DNA of 64,000 nucleotides from an uncultured archaeon (GTDB lineage: Archaea; Aenigmatarchaeota; Aenigmatarchaeia; QMZP01; QMZT01). Of this stretch, positions 27,483-37,142 are shown in pieces. Both the position numbers and the translations under genes were made by a program. Each line of letters starts with the position of its first letter. The first letter of the stretch is position 1. The DNA is taken from the NCBI GenBank assembly GCA_964441265.1, contig CAYYKJ010000003.1, positions 23,428 through 87,427 on the forward strand, given 5' to 3'. The notes beneath the pieces were generated by a model that saw only the letters and a program-made list of their open reading frames with translations, was not told the DNA's origin and did not search any database.

Positions 27483-28277
27483 ATGGTCTTAGACGCCGCC
27501 CTTTTCGGGATAATCCAGGGGATTTTCGAATGGCTGCCCGTATCCAGCCAGGGCAACCTCGTGCTCCTGATGGTCTCCCTGTTCGGCTATTCCTCCGGAG
27601 AGGCGGTATCATATTCAATCTTCCTGCATACCGGAACCATGCTGGCGGCGTTGGTCTACTTGAGGAAGGACGTGAGAAATATACTGGAATCGCTGCCAAG
27701 ATACAGGGTAAACTACGAGGGAAAGAACGGCCTGGTCAGCTTCCTGATCATGGCGACCGTAATAACGGGGATAGTGGGTTATCCGATATATATTTATCTG
27801 GAAGCGAGCCCCTTCGCGGGAGAAATGTTCATAGGATTGGTAGGGGCGGCCCTCATATTCACCGGTCTGGTCCAGAGGACGGTCAAGGGGTCGGGGAGCA
27901 AGACCGGAAAAGACCTGAACCTGAAGGACACCGTCCTCCTGGGTATAGCACAGGGTCTTTCCGTCATCCCGGGGGTCTCCAGATCCGGTATAACGACATC
28001 CTCCTTCCTGTTCAGAAATTATGACTCCTCGAGCGCCCTGAAGCTCTCGTTCCTGATGAGCATACCGGCCATCATCATCGCCGAGATAGGGATGGGCCTG
28101 ACCGGGGGGATCCCTTCCATTGGGATTGCAGATGCGCTTACTGGAATTGCCTTTTCATTCGCATTCGGTATGCTGACCATTCACGCGCTGATAAGGATAG
28201 CGAGAAGGTTCGCCTTCTGGAAATTCTGCATAATACTGGGTATTATCGCTTTGGTTCCGCTCGCCTTTTACGCCTGA
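27483..28277 (+). CDS. uppP: Undecaprenyl-diphosphatase (UppP/BacA family)
   Basis: GIIQGIFEWLPVSSQGNL and PGVSRSGITT motifs. 8 TM helices. Confidence 0.75.
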   Translation: MVLDAALFGIIQGIFEWLPVSSQGNLVLLMVSLFGYSSGEAVSYSIFLHTGTMLAALVYLRKDVRNILESLPRYRVNYEGKNGLVSFLIMATVITGIVGYPIYIYLEASPFAGEMFIGLVGAALIFTGLVQRTVKGSGSKTGKDLNLKDTVLLGIAQGLSVIPGVSRSGITTSSFLFRNYDSSSALKLSFLMSIPAIIIAEIGMGLTGGIPSIGIADALTGIAFSFAFGMLTIHALIRIARRFAFWKFCIILGIIALVPLAFYA

Positions 28278-29142
28278 TCTTCCTCTTTCTGACCTCCTTC
28301 TCCACCATCAGGTTCGCTATGATGAGCAGCACGCCCCCCGCGAACACATGGGGGGTTATGACCTCGGAGAGGACCAGCCACGCCAGAACGACTGCAGTGA
28401 CCGGCTCGGCGATGAGTAGTATTATTGGTGCGTTGTGGGCACGTACTGTCTTGAGACCCAAGGCATAGAACGTGTACATGAGAAAGCTCGAAACCACCAG
28501 GCAGGAAACGAAGAGAAGGACGGGACCGTCCGGCAAAAAGACGACCGGCTCCAGGGGTATGAACAATATGCTGATCAGCCCGCCGATGAAGAACACCCAG
28601 AAAACGACCTTCCAGTACGGCTCCCCGTGCCTCTCGAAATATCTTGTGGTGACCATGAAGCTCGCGTAGAAAAGGCCCGAAAGCAGTGCCAGCACGTTTC
28701 CGAGCATGTGCCCGCCGGCGAATTCGAACCCGTATATTATCCACACACCGGCTACCGCCAGCACTATGGCGAACGCCTCCCATTTCTTTATTCTCTCCTT
28801 CAGAAAGAACCAGGAAAGCACAGCGGCGAAAACTGGATAGAAATACAGGAGTATGACCACATTTGAAACGGGGGCGAGAGTCATTGCCTTGACGTAAGAG
28901 ATGATGCTCAGTGTCCCTCCCAGGAATCCCGCCGCGAGGAAGGGCAGGACCTCTTTCCTCTTTATCATGAGTTTTTCGATGTCTCGCCTGAAGGCTACCA
29001 GAAAGAACATGAGCACCGCCACGAAGAATATTCTGAAGAAGGAGAGGAGATAAGGGGAAACGCCGCCCCCTATAAGCTTGACCCATATGCCGATTGTCCC
29101 GGCGAAGAATCCCCCCAGAACTAGGTAGGTGAAGCCCTTCAT
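28243..29142 (-). CDS. EamA/DMT-superfamily transporter
   Basis: Ten TM helices with two EamA-like repeats. 299 aa. Confidence 0.7.
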   Translation of the reverse strand: MKGFTYLVLGGFFAGTIGIWVKLIGGGVSPYLLSFFRIFFVAVLMFFLVAFRRDIEKLMIKRKEVLPFLAAGFLGGTLSIISYVKAMTLAPVSNVVILLYFYPVFAAVLSWFFLKERIKKWEAFAIVLAVAGVWIIYGFEFAGGHMLGNVLALLSGLFYASFMVTTRYFERHGEPYWKVVFWVFFIGGLISILFIPLEPVVFLPDGPVLLFVSCLVVSSFLMYTFYALGLKTVRAHNAPIILLIAEPVTAVVLAWLVLSEVITPHVFAGGVLLIIANLMVEKEVRKRKIRRKRRAEPKR

Positions 29143-29204
29143 GGATAACTCTTGTTTCCGCTAGTATAAATCCTGTTTAAAAATATGGAATACAAACCAT
29201 TCAC

Positions 29205-29477
29205 ATGAACATTCTCGAGGTCCTCCCGGAATACGAGGTGAGGAGAATGAGGTCCAGATGCAACTACGGGAACTGCCGGAAGAAGCCCGGAAAGAAGCTC
29301 ACCCTGTTCGAGAAGGACCGCATATCCGGGGAGGAGAGGGATCTCATATCCCTTTTCCTCTGCACAGAACACTACAGGAAGACCATAGATGAACTCCCGA
29401 AGAGGATGGAGCCCATAAGGGATGGCAGGAAATCAATAAAGGGTAGGGTCGCCAACACAGGAATGGTGACACACTGA
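29205..29477 (+). CDS. Small hypothetical protein with a Cys/His cluster
   Basis: RCNYGNC...LCTEHY. 90 aa. Confidence 0.3.
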   Translation: MNILEVLPEYEVRRMRSRCNYGNCRKKPGKKLTLFEKDRISGEERDLISLFLCTEHYRKTIDELPKRMEPIRDGRKSIKGRVANTGMVTH

Positions 29478-29537
29478 CGGAAAACCTATTTAAATTATTA
29501 AAGACAATAGCAAAAATAATCTCATGGCCGCCTGAAC

Positions 29538-29647
29538 GGGACGGTAGCTCAGTTCGGGAGAGCACATGGCTGAAGACCATGGAGTCGTGGGTTCAAAAAC
29601 GCTTGAAGCCGAATGGTCGGCTTCCGTCGAAATTCCCACCCGTCCCA
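29538..29647 (+). tRNA. tRNA-Phe(GAA) with a roughly 36-nt intron in the T-loop at position 59/60
   Basis: GGGACGG-TA-GCTC-AGTTCGGGA-GAGC-A-CATGG-CTGAAGA-CCATG-GAGTC-GTGGG-TTCAAA-[intron 29598..29633]-T-CCCAC-CCGTCCC-A. All stems pair, and a T-tract follows. Confidence 0.7.
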
Positions 29648-29681
29648 CTACATTTTTTAATCATCGGGCTCAATTAGTAGT

Positions 29682-30818
29682 ATGCTTTCTGAAAGAGCGA
29701 AAAACTGCAGTCCTTCCCCGACACTCGCCATTTCCGCGAAGGCTAAGGCCCTGAAGTCTCGGGGGGAGGATGTGGTCGACCTGGGGGCAGGCCAGCCGGA
29801 TTTCGACACTCCGGAACACGTAAAGAGGGCAGCCATAAGGGCAATACAGGAGGGGTTCAACAAATATACCTCCGCCTCGGGCATGCCGGAACTGAAGAAG
29901 GTCATATGCGAGAAATTCAGAAGGGACAACGGGATATCCTACAGGCCGGAGCAGATAGTGGTATCCTGCGGGGCGAAGCATTCCATACACAACATCATCC
30001 AGGCAATGATAGGTCCCGGAGACGAGGTAATGATTCCCAGACCATACTGGGTCACTTACCCGGAGCAGGTCCGACTGGCGGGAGGGAAACCAGTAGTCAT
30101 CGAAACCGGTGAGGATTTCAAGCTGAGATCCGAAAACGTGAAAGACGGTATAACCAACAAAACGAAACTGCTTCTGATGAACTCACCTAACAACCCCACG
30201 GGAGCGGTTTACGAGAAGGGGGAGATGATGAAGATAGCAGAGATCGCCCTGGAAAACGACTTCATGATAATTTCAGACGAGGTGTACGAGAACATAATCT
30301 TCGATGCTGAGCACTTCAGCGTGGCATCCATGGGGAACAAGATAAAGAACATCACCTTTACAGTGAATGCGATAAGCAAGACCTACTGCGTGACCGGTTG
30401 GAGGCTGGGATATACTGCAGGTCCTGCGAAGGTAATGAAAGCTATAGGAAACATCCAGAGCCACACCACCTCCAATCCCGCATCCATGGTCCAGAAGGCA
30501 GCCCTGGAAGCGATTTCCGGGCCGCAGGACTTTCTGAAAGGCATGAAAGATAGATTCAGGGAAAGGAGAGACTACATACTCAAGAGGATGGACGAGATGG
30601 GGCTGGAATGCCCCGAACCGGAGGGCGCTTTCTACGTCTTCCCCGGAATCCCCGACAATTCCAGCAAGTTCTCAGAAGAGCTCCTGGACACCGAAAGGGT
30701 GGGAGTTGTTCCGGGTATCGGATTCGGCATGGAAGGTCACATCAGAATCAGTTACGCAGCTTCTCTGGAAAGGATAAGGGAAGGCATGGACAGGATGGAG
30801 AGGTTCCTGAAGAAATAA
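29682..30818 (+). CDS. aspC: Aspartate aminotransferase (class I aminotransferase)
   Basis: 378 aa with the PLP-lysine region SKTYCVTGWRLGY and class-I aminotransferase blocks. Confidence 0.8.
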   Translation: MLSERAKNCSPSPTLAISAKAKALKSRGEDVVDLGAGQPDFDTPEHVKRAAIRAIQEGFNKYTSASGMPELKKVICEKFRRDNGISYRPEQIVVSCGAKHSIHNIIQAMIGPGDEVMIPRPYWVTYPEQVRLAGGKPVVIETGEDFKLRSENVKDGITNKTKLLLMNSPNNPTGAVYEKGEMMKIAEIALENDFMIISDEVYENIIFDAEHFSVASMGNKIKNITFTVNAISKTYCVTGWRLGYTAGPAKVMKAIGNIQSHTTSNPASMVQKAALEAISGPQDFLKGMKDRFRERRDYILKRMDEMGLECPEPEGAFYVFPGIPDNSSKFSEELLDTERVGVVPGIGFGMEGHIRISYAASLERIREGMDRMERFLKK

Positions 30819-30819
30819 T

Positions 30820-32286
30820 TCATCCCAGAAATCCGCGTATCCAAGCGGCCTGGGTCACATGGTCCTTTATGGATTCCATGCGGTTCTTCCCGAGATCGGA
30901 TATTATCTCCCCGGTGACCTTCCTGTGTTTTTCGTTTTCGCTGAACTCGACCAGCTCCAGGGACCTTTTCATGTTCTTCTCCAGGCCCGGAGGGAGGATT
31001 TTGAAAACCTCCTTGTTGAAGTAGGGGAACGAGCATTTCAGGTCGTTGTCAAACCCCCTATATACTTCCCTCACATATTCCAGATCCTTCTCGCTGAGGG
31101 CGTGGAGTCCCAGCATCTCCGGGGGTAGGCCTATCGAATAAAGGGAGGCGCAGAATTTGATTGCCCTCGGAAGGGAAATCCCCTTCGTGCTCCTTGAATA
31201 GCCGAAAAGTCCTATATGGAGCTTCCTCTTCCTTCTGGGGGGCACATTTCTCGAGACCATGTTTATGAGGGGGGCGAGTGCCTGTATCTGTTTCTGATAC
31301 TCTCCTGAAACCTTGTCTATTATTGCCCTGCATCTATCGACGTCCATCATCGTGGGCCTGCCCCTGTTCGTGGAGTTGAGCGTATCGATCGCCCTGGTCA
31401 CGTCCCTTTCCGCGTGATCGTACTTGAAGGAGGACTGGGCGGAAAAGGTCTGGACGCTGGGGTATTCCCTGAGGGTGTTGTTGAGATTGGGAGGATTGAA
31501 GTTTCCCCTGAAAGGAACGGAACCCACCCCTATTACAGGGAGAATCGGGATTGACAGCTCCTCCTCCAGGGAATGCAGCTTGCTGAGAGCTATCTTGTTG
31601 ATCAGGACCGCGTTCATGAGACCGTAGTTGAGCGCGGGATCGCTTCTGGCCAGGAACACCCTCTGATAGTCGGGATCCTTCCCCTCAAGATATTTCCTTA
31701 CCAGGTCGTCCGAGTTTATCATGCTCTCCCTGTTTTCCACCAGGGGAGTCACTTTGATCTCTTCGGGTCTGAAATCCCCTATCCATTCGGAAATGCGCTT
31801 CCCGCCCGGAAGCGATTTCTGCTTCTTCCCGACCACGAAATCCCTGTAGTAATTGTATATCATCTCCAGCGACTCGTAGTTTGTGGTCATTGGCAGGAAC
31901 ACCTCGAATATGGGAGGTATGTCGTCTCCGTAGAATAACTTCGCTATGTCATAGCTCCTGGGTATGCTTTCCAGCGTTTCCAGGAGTATCTTGGCCTCGG
32001 GCTTCTCGACCTCCGGGTTGGGAACCCTCAGTGTGAGGAAGAAATCCCTGCCCAGTATGTTTTTTCGGAAGAACGACTCGTACTTGGAGACCAGCTTCTT
32101 CACAACGAAGGAATCCACTTCCTTCCCCTCGGCGTCCCACATCTGCTCCCTGGCTCCCAGATGGGAGAAAACGAAGAATGCCTCCTTTATCTCGTCCTCC
32201 CCTCCCATGACCTCGTTCTCCGCGAAGAAGGGCGTGTTCACGTTGTCCGGGTGCTGGGTGCTCATGACCCGTGATACCTTGATCAT
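30820..32286 (-). CDS. ppcA: Archaeal-type phosphoenolpyruvate carboxylase (start adjusted to MIKVSRVMSTQHPDN)
   Basis: VMSTQHPDN, the N-terminal hallmark of archaeal-type PEPC. About 489 aa. Confidence 0.7.
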   Translation of the reverse strand: MIKVSRVMSTQHPDNVNTPFFAENEVMGGEDEIKEAFFVFSHLGAREQMWDAEGKEVDSFVVKKLVSKYESFFRKNILGRDFFLTLRVPNPEVEKPEAKILLETLESIPRSYDIAKLFYGDDIPPIFEVFLPMTTNYESLEMIYNYYRDFVVGKKQKSLPGGKRISEWIGDFRPEEIKVTPLVENRESMINSDDLVRKYLEGKDPDYQRVFLARSDPALNYGLMNAVLINKIALSKLHSLEEELSIPILPVIGVGSVPFRGNFNPPNLNNTLREYPSVQTFSAQSSFKYDHAERDVTRAIDTLNSTNRGRPTMMDVDRCRAIIDKVSGEYQKQIQALAPLINMVSRNVPPRRKRKLHIGLFGYSRSTKGISLPRAIKFCASLYSIGLPPEMLGLHALSEKDLEYVREVYRGFDNDLKCSFPYFNKEVFKILPPGLEKNMKRSLELVEFSENEKHRKVTGEIISDLGKNRMESIKDHVTQAAWIRGFLG

Positions 32287-32329
32287 ATCATTCGCCTTGG
32301 AGTTATATTGCAAGAAAAGCAATAAAAAG

Positions 32330-33427
32330 ATGAAATATTCATTTAAACCCATGAGAAAAACCAGAGAGGGCGGGGTAGAATTCTTCGTGCCCGATGAATC
32401 TCTGACCAGGAAGTCAAGGGTTTTCTACAACCCCGCCATGGAATACCAGAGGGACGTGACCATATCCTGCCTGAAGGTCTCGAAGCCCTCGGAAGCTCTC
32501 CTCCCTCTGGCAGCCTCCGGGGTCCGGGGGATCAGGATACTGAAGGAGGTCCCGGATGCTGAAAAGGTCACCTTCAACGACGCCAACCCCAGCGCATGCA
32601 GGCTGGCGGAGAGGAATCTCATGCTGAACAGGATCCCGAAGAAATCCTTCGATATAAGGAATGAAGACGCCCGGAAAGTGTTGCTGGAGGGGAGATACGA
32701 CTACGTGGACATCGATCCCTTCGGGTCGCCGATAGACTTCCTCAGAAATGTGGGATCGTGTGTGAAGGACGGGTCGCTTCTCGGGGTCACGGCCACCGAT
32801 TCCGGCGCCCTCGCGGGTAAATTCACCAAAGCCTGTCTCCGCAGATACGGTGTCAGGGTGATCAGGACGGATTTCCCCAAGGAGCTGGGCGTGCGGGTAC
32901 TCATAACCTCAATAATGCAGAATCTATCCTCCAGCGACATGACCTTCATCCCCCTTTATTCCCACGGGAACCATTACTTCAGGGTGATCGGGAGGATTGA
33001 GAGGGGAGCAAAAAAATCAGACCGGGACCTGAAAAAAATACGGATGGTGTCCTACTGTCCCAAATGCATGAGGAGAGAGATAGGGATCAGGGAAACATGC
33101 GATTGCGGATCCCCTTATTCGCACATAGGGCCCATATGGACCGGGCCCACGAAGAGCACGGATTTCGTGAAAAAGGCATTGCAGGAATTCCTGAACTCCG
33201 GTTTCAGAAAACCGAAGGAACTGCAGACCTGCTCCGAGGAGATCGACCAGCCGTTCTATTATGATCTCCACTCAATATCCAAGAAACTGAGAAAGGGACC
33301 GCCCAAGCTGGACCACCTCATGTCGGAACTGAAAAACAAGGGCTTCAAATGCTCAAGGACCAGGTTCCTACTGAACGGCTTCAGAACGGATGCTGGCATC
33401 GGGACGATAAATAAGATAATAGGATGA
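32330..33427 (+). CDS. trm1: tRNA (guanine26-N2)-dimethyltransferase Trm1 (start adjusted to MKYSFKPMRK)
   Basis: FYNPAMEYQRD...DPFGSP motifs and a C-terminal Cys4 zinc finger. Confidence 0.8.
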   Translation: MKYSFKPMRKTREGGVEFFVPDESLTRKSRVFYNPAMEYQRDVTISCLKVSKPSEALLPLAASGVRGIRILKEVPDAEKVTFNDANPSACRLAERNLMLNRIPKKSFDIRNEDARKVLLEGRYDYVDIDPFGSPIDFLRNVGSCVKDGSLLGVTATDSGALAGKFTKACLRRYGVRVIRTDFPKELGVRVLITSIMQNLSSSDMTFIPLYSHGNHYFRVIGRIERGAKKSDRDLKKIRMVSYCPKCMRREIGIRETCDCGSPYSHIGPIWTGPTKSTDFVKKALQEFLNSGFRKPKELQTCSEEIDQPFYYDLHSISKKLRKGPPKLDHLMSELKNKGFKCSRTRFLLNGFRTDAGIGTINKIIG

Positions 33428-33432
33428 GGAAT

Positions 33433-34395
33433 TCACTCTTTTATTTCCTCTTCGTCTTCCTTGACCTTTTCCTCGACCTCGTCCTTTATCCCCAGCTTCT
33501 CCACCACCTCTTTGTACCTGTTGCGGATGGTGACCTCGGTGACGCCTATGGCGTCCGCCACCTCCCTCTGGGTCTTCTTCTTTCCCTCGAGGACGGCAGA
33601 TATGTAAAGTGCAGCGGCCGCGACCCCGATCGGACCCTTTCCGGAGGTCACGTCATAGCTGGTGGCCTTGTCGAGTATCTTTACAGCCCTGACCTGGACC
33701 TTTTCGTCCAGACCGAGCAGCGAACCGAATCTAGGGATGTAATCCTGGGGCTTTGCGGGCAGTATCCTTATGCCCAGCTTTCTCGCTATGTATCTGTATG
33801 TCTTGCCTATGTCCCTCTTGGATATACCGGATGCGTTGGAAATCTCGTCCAGCGTCCTGGGAGCTCCCTCCTCCCTGCAGGTGGTATAAAGCAGGGCGGC
33901 AATTATGGACTCGGTCGATCTTCCCCTCACCAGACCCCTTTCCACTGCCTTTTCGTAGAGCTTGGCCACCCTCTCGTGTATGGCCTGGGAAAGGTTGAGA
34001 TAGGATATGAGCCTCTGAAGTTCTGAGAATGCGAATGAAAGGTTTCTGTCTTTTGATTTTATGAGCCTCTTGTGCCACTTGGAGAGCCTGTAATACTGGG
34101 CCCTTTTCTTGGCGGCTACCTTGAAGAGTTCACCCCGTCCCTTTCCGATCTCGGTGGTGATCCCCTGGTCGTGCTTGGTGACGGTCAAGGGGGCTCCTGT
34201 CCGGACCCTTCTCGACCTCTGGTTGTCGTCGAAGGCCCTCCATTCCTGGCTTGTGTCTATTACCGACTGGTTTATGACCAGCCCGCACTTGGAGCAGACC
34301 ATCTCCCCCCTCGAAGAATCATAACGTATGTTTTCGCTCTTGCATTCCGGACAAACTGTCTTTCTTTCCTCTTTCTTTTTGATTTTTTGGGTCAT
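33433..34395 (-). CDS. tfb: Transcription initiation factor TFB
   Basis: N-terminal Zn ribbon CPECKSENIRYDSSRGEMVCSKCG and two cyclin-like repeats. 320 aa. Confidence 0.9.
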   Translation of the reverse strand: MTQKIKKKEERKTVCPECKSENIRYDSSRGEMVCSKCGLVINQSVIDTSQEWRAFDDNQRSRRVRTGAPLTVTKHDQGITTEIGKGRGELFKVAAKKRAQYYRLSKWHKRLIKSKDRNLSFAFSELQRLISYLNLSQAIHERVAKLYEKAVERGLVRGRSTESIIAALLYTTCREEGAPRTLDEISNASGISKRDIGKTYRYIARKLGIRILPAKPQDYIPRFGSLLGLDEKVQVRAVKILDKATSYDVTSGKGPIGVAAAALYISAVLEGKKKTQREVADAIGVTEVTIRNRYKEVVEKLGIKDEVEEKVKEDEEEIKE

Positions 34396-34595
34396 TTTAC
34401 CCCCTTTTAGTGATTATAAACTCGTAAACGTTAATATAAATTTGCATAAGTTATATATAAAGATTTCTATACTCAAGTAGCGGTTTGGGACGGGCAGGAA
34501 AAACGGAACAAATCATGAAGGAACAAAACCCTTTATTAATCACCATGACAAATTACTAAGATAAGGATTTTCTCAACCAGAAACTGCTGATCACC

Positions 34596-34985
34596 ATGGC
34601 GAACAAAGTTGGCGAAATAAAGGATCTGAAACCGGGGGCTTACGTCATGATGGACGGGGAGCCCTGTAGGGTGACCAAGATCACCAAATCGAAGCCGGGA
34701 AAGCACGGCTCCACCAAGGCCAGGGTCGAGGCCGTGGGCATCTTCGACGACAAGAAGAGAACCCTGCTGAAGCCGACTTCCGCATCATGCCAGATACCAA
34801 TCATACTCAAGAAGGGCGCCCAGGTTGTCAGCATAAGCGGAGGGACAGCCCAGCTGATGGACCTCGAGGACTACTCCATGTTCGACACGGTCATCCCGGA
34901 AGGGCTCAAGAGCAAGATAGCGGCCGGGAAGGAAGTGGAATACTGGAAGATCGGTGACAGGGTAATGATAAAGACGGCCAAGTAG
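34596..34985 (+). CDS. eif5a: Translation initiation factor aIF-5A
   Basis: Hypusination loop TKSKPGKHGSTKARV. 129 aa. Confidence 0.85.
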   Translation: MANKVGEIKDLKPGAYVMMDGEPCRVTKITKSKPGKHGSTKARVEAVGIFDDKKRTLLKPTSASCQIPIILKKGAQVVSISGGTAQLMDLEDYSMFDTVIPEGLKSKIAAGKEVEYWKIGDRVMIKTAK

Positions 34986-35281
34986 AACGAATTTCTAAAT
35001 TTGCGTAATCCCCAGTTTCTCGCGATAAATTTTATCGGTCATGGCTTTCGATGCCGATTGAAAAAGGATTTCCATCGGATCCTTCCCGGTCTTTTCGCAT
35101 GGTGTTTTGAAATGCTCGACATAAGTGGGCCAGAGGGTGCCGCCCCATGCCTTTATATCTTTTTCCATGAGATAATTTTTTCCGATTTTTAAGGCATCCT
35201 CCAAAAGCTGCTGCATCGAATGTTCCGGGGTATAATTCCTGTTTCCCATGAAAAAAGAAAGAATCTAAATGTTTTAAATCA

Positions 35282-36106
35282 TTGTTTTATCCTAAATCTA
35301 TGCTCTACAGCAAAAAGACCTTCGAATACGAACATCCCCCGGAAGAGGCGGATGTCGTTCTTATCGGGATTCCATGGGACTTCTCCCAGACCGGCTACCC
35401 GACCAGGTACGGCCCGCTTTTCATCCGGGAGGCGATCAGGGGAATGATCGGGTATGACCCGGAGACCGGGACCAGCATATTCAAGAAATACAAATTCGCT
35501 GATCTGGGTGATGTGGAGGTTGTCCCGGGAAACTGGAAGCTCACAGAGGAGAGGATACTGGATACTGTCAAATCAGTTTTCGAAAAAAACCCGAAAATAT
35601 TCCCTGTTTTTCTCGGAGGTGACCATCTCATCACTCTGGGAATACTCAATGCAATGAAAGACACAGTGAAGGATAAAATCACGGTCGTGGATTTCGACGC
35701 CCACAGGGACCTTCTCCCGGAATTCATGGGGGAGAAATTCTCCCACGTCACCTGGATCAGCCACGCCCTGAAGCATTCCGACGTGGTCCAGATAGGGACG
35801 AGGGCATGGTCGGAGGAGGAGAACGGGATCCTCAAAGGATCGGGGATAAAGGACGGCTTCGAAAAGACCGACAGGCCAGTTTACCTGACCGTGGACATGG
35901 ACGTCTTCGATCCGGGTATCGCCCCGGAGGTCGGAACCCCGGAGCCCAATGGAATGGATCTCAAGGGTTTTCTGAAGATTCTCAGAAGGGTGGCCGGTTC
36001 AAACGTGATCGGTATGGACATAACGGAATGCGGCTCCACCGGAGTCAACTCGCCGACAGCGACGCTGGCGGCAAACATTTTCAAGAAGTTCTTCTGTTAT
36101 AAATGA
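35282..36106 (+). CDS. speB: Agmatinase (arginase/ureohydrolase family)
   Basis: GGDHLIT, DFDAHRD and VDMDVFDP Mn-binding motifs. Confidence 0.8.
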   Translation: MFYPKSMLYSKKTFEYEHPPEEADVVLIGIPWDFSQTGYPTRYGPLFIREAIRGMIGYDPETGTSIFKKYKFADLGDVEVVPGNWKLTEERILDTVKSVFEKNPKIFPVFLGGDHLITLGILNAMKDTVKDKITVVDFDAHRDLLPEFMGEKFSHVTWISHALKHSDVVQIGTRAWSEEENGILKGSGIKDGFEKTDRPVYLTVDMDVFDPGIAPEVGTPEPNGMDLKGFLKILRRVAGSNVIGMDITECGSTGVNSPTATLAANIFKKFFCYK

Positions 36107-36483
36107 AGCCCGCTGTTCCCCGGCATGAAAGGTCTGTGAAGCCGAAAATACATATAGGAAGAAGCTCCCGGGGCATTGCTTCAGCCTCAGCTCACAGGGA
36201 ACAGCCAACTTCAAAGGAATCCCGCCGAAAAGTGTGGTCATCCAGCCGGTTCGCACCGGACAGGGAATCATCCCAACAGACAAGACTTCATCCTGACTGT
36301 CGAGACGGTGAGATAGCTGACAATATCCCAGAAATTGCACGCCCAAACATGGATATTGCTTTTCATGCTATCCCAATCCATATTTTGTCAGGGATTTTTA
36401 TATATCTGATCTCCAGATTTTTCCGGAGTAAAATCCCTTATTTAAACCAATCTTTCAAAATAAAAACATGAAGAAAACAAGGA

Positions 36484-36642
36484 TGGTCCTGTGCCCTCAC
36501 TGCGATCAGGAGCAGAGGGTCAAACTCAACGCATCAAAGGTGAAATGCAAGAAATGCGGGAAGACCTTCCAAGCGGGCAAGGAGGAGTACAAGCACCCCA
36601 ATCACTTCTGGCACAACCCGGACACTTCTCACCATTTCTAGA
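36484..36642 (+). CDS. Small zinc-ribbon protein, 52 aa
   Basis: MVLCPHCDQEQRVKLNASKVKCKKCGKTF... (Cys4 ribbon). GGA-rich RBS-like sequence upstream. Below the ORF-track size cutoff. Confidence 0.35.
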
Positions 36643-36660
36643 GAAACATAATCACGATCA

Positions 36661-37065
36661 TCATTTCTTTTTACTGAGAATTTTGCTCACCGAATAGCCC
36701 TTCTTCCTTCTTCTGAGCCTGACCACCCTGCAGATCAGTCTCCTTTTCCTGAGCTCTTCCTCAAGCCTCTTCTTGCTCATCTTCTGGTCCTTGCCGAGAA
36801 CGATCACATCGGGGTCCTCCCTCTCCACCACTTTCATGAAGTCAGTGTCGTCCCCCATCACCACCTTGTCGGCGATTCCGGTCTTCTCCAGGGCCTTCTT
36901 CCTCTTCTCCGCGGAGAACAGGGGATAGGTCTTGGTCAGCACCGCGGTCCTGTCGCTGGCCACAACCACCACCAGCTTGTCCCCGCGCTTCCTGGCCTCC
37001 TTCAGGAAGAAAAGGTGGCCCGCATGGACTATGTTGAACACACCTCCGACAAGTACCTTGGTCAT
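36661..37065 (-). CDS. Cytidylyltransferase-like nucleotidyltransferase (RibL/FAD-synthase-like)
   Basis: GGVFNIVHAGH (HxGH motif). 134 aa. Confidence 0.55.
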   Translation of the reverse strand: MTKVLVGGVFNIVHAGHLFFLKEARKRGDKLVVVVASDRTAVLTKTYPLFSAEKRKKALEKTGIADKVVMGDDTDFMKVVEREDPDVIVLGKDQKMSKKRLEEELRKRRLICRVVRLRRRKKGYSVSKILSKKK

Positions 37066-37142
37066 GAATAGATTTGGGAACGAATGAATATATTTTTAAG
37101 ACAAAAACATAACAATAATTATAAAAGAAAGGCGGTGATCTT

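Noticed and set aside
31964-32330. The 5' 366 nt of the ORF-track Trm1 ORF, and the 5' 66 nt of the PEPC ORF
   Set aside because: These extensions would make the two convergent or divergent genes overlap, and they carry no conserved sequence. Starts were moved to MKYSFKPMRK (32330) and MIKVSRVMSTQHPDN (32286).
36103-36471. The 122-aa plus-strand ORF and the 115-aa minus-strand ORF in the agmatinase-downstream gap
   Set aside because: They are Arg/Ser/Pro-rich, low-complexity and GC-skewed, which is typical of non-coding GC-rich sequence. The region is flagged instead as a possible structured RNA.
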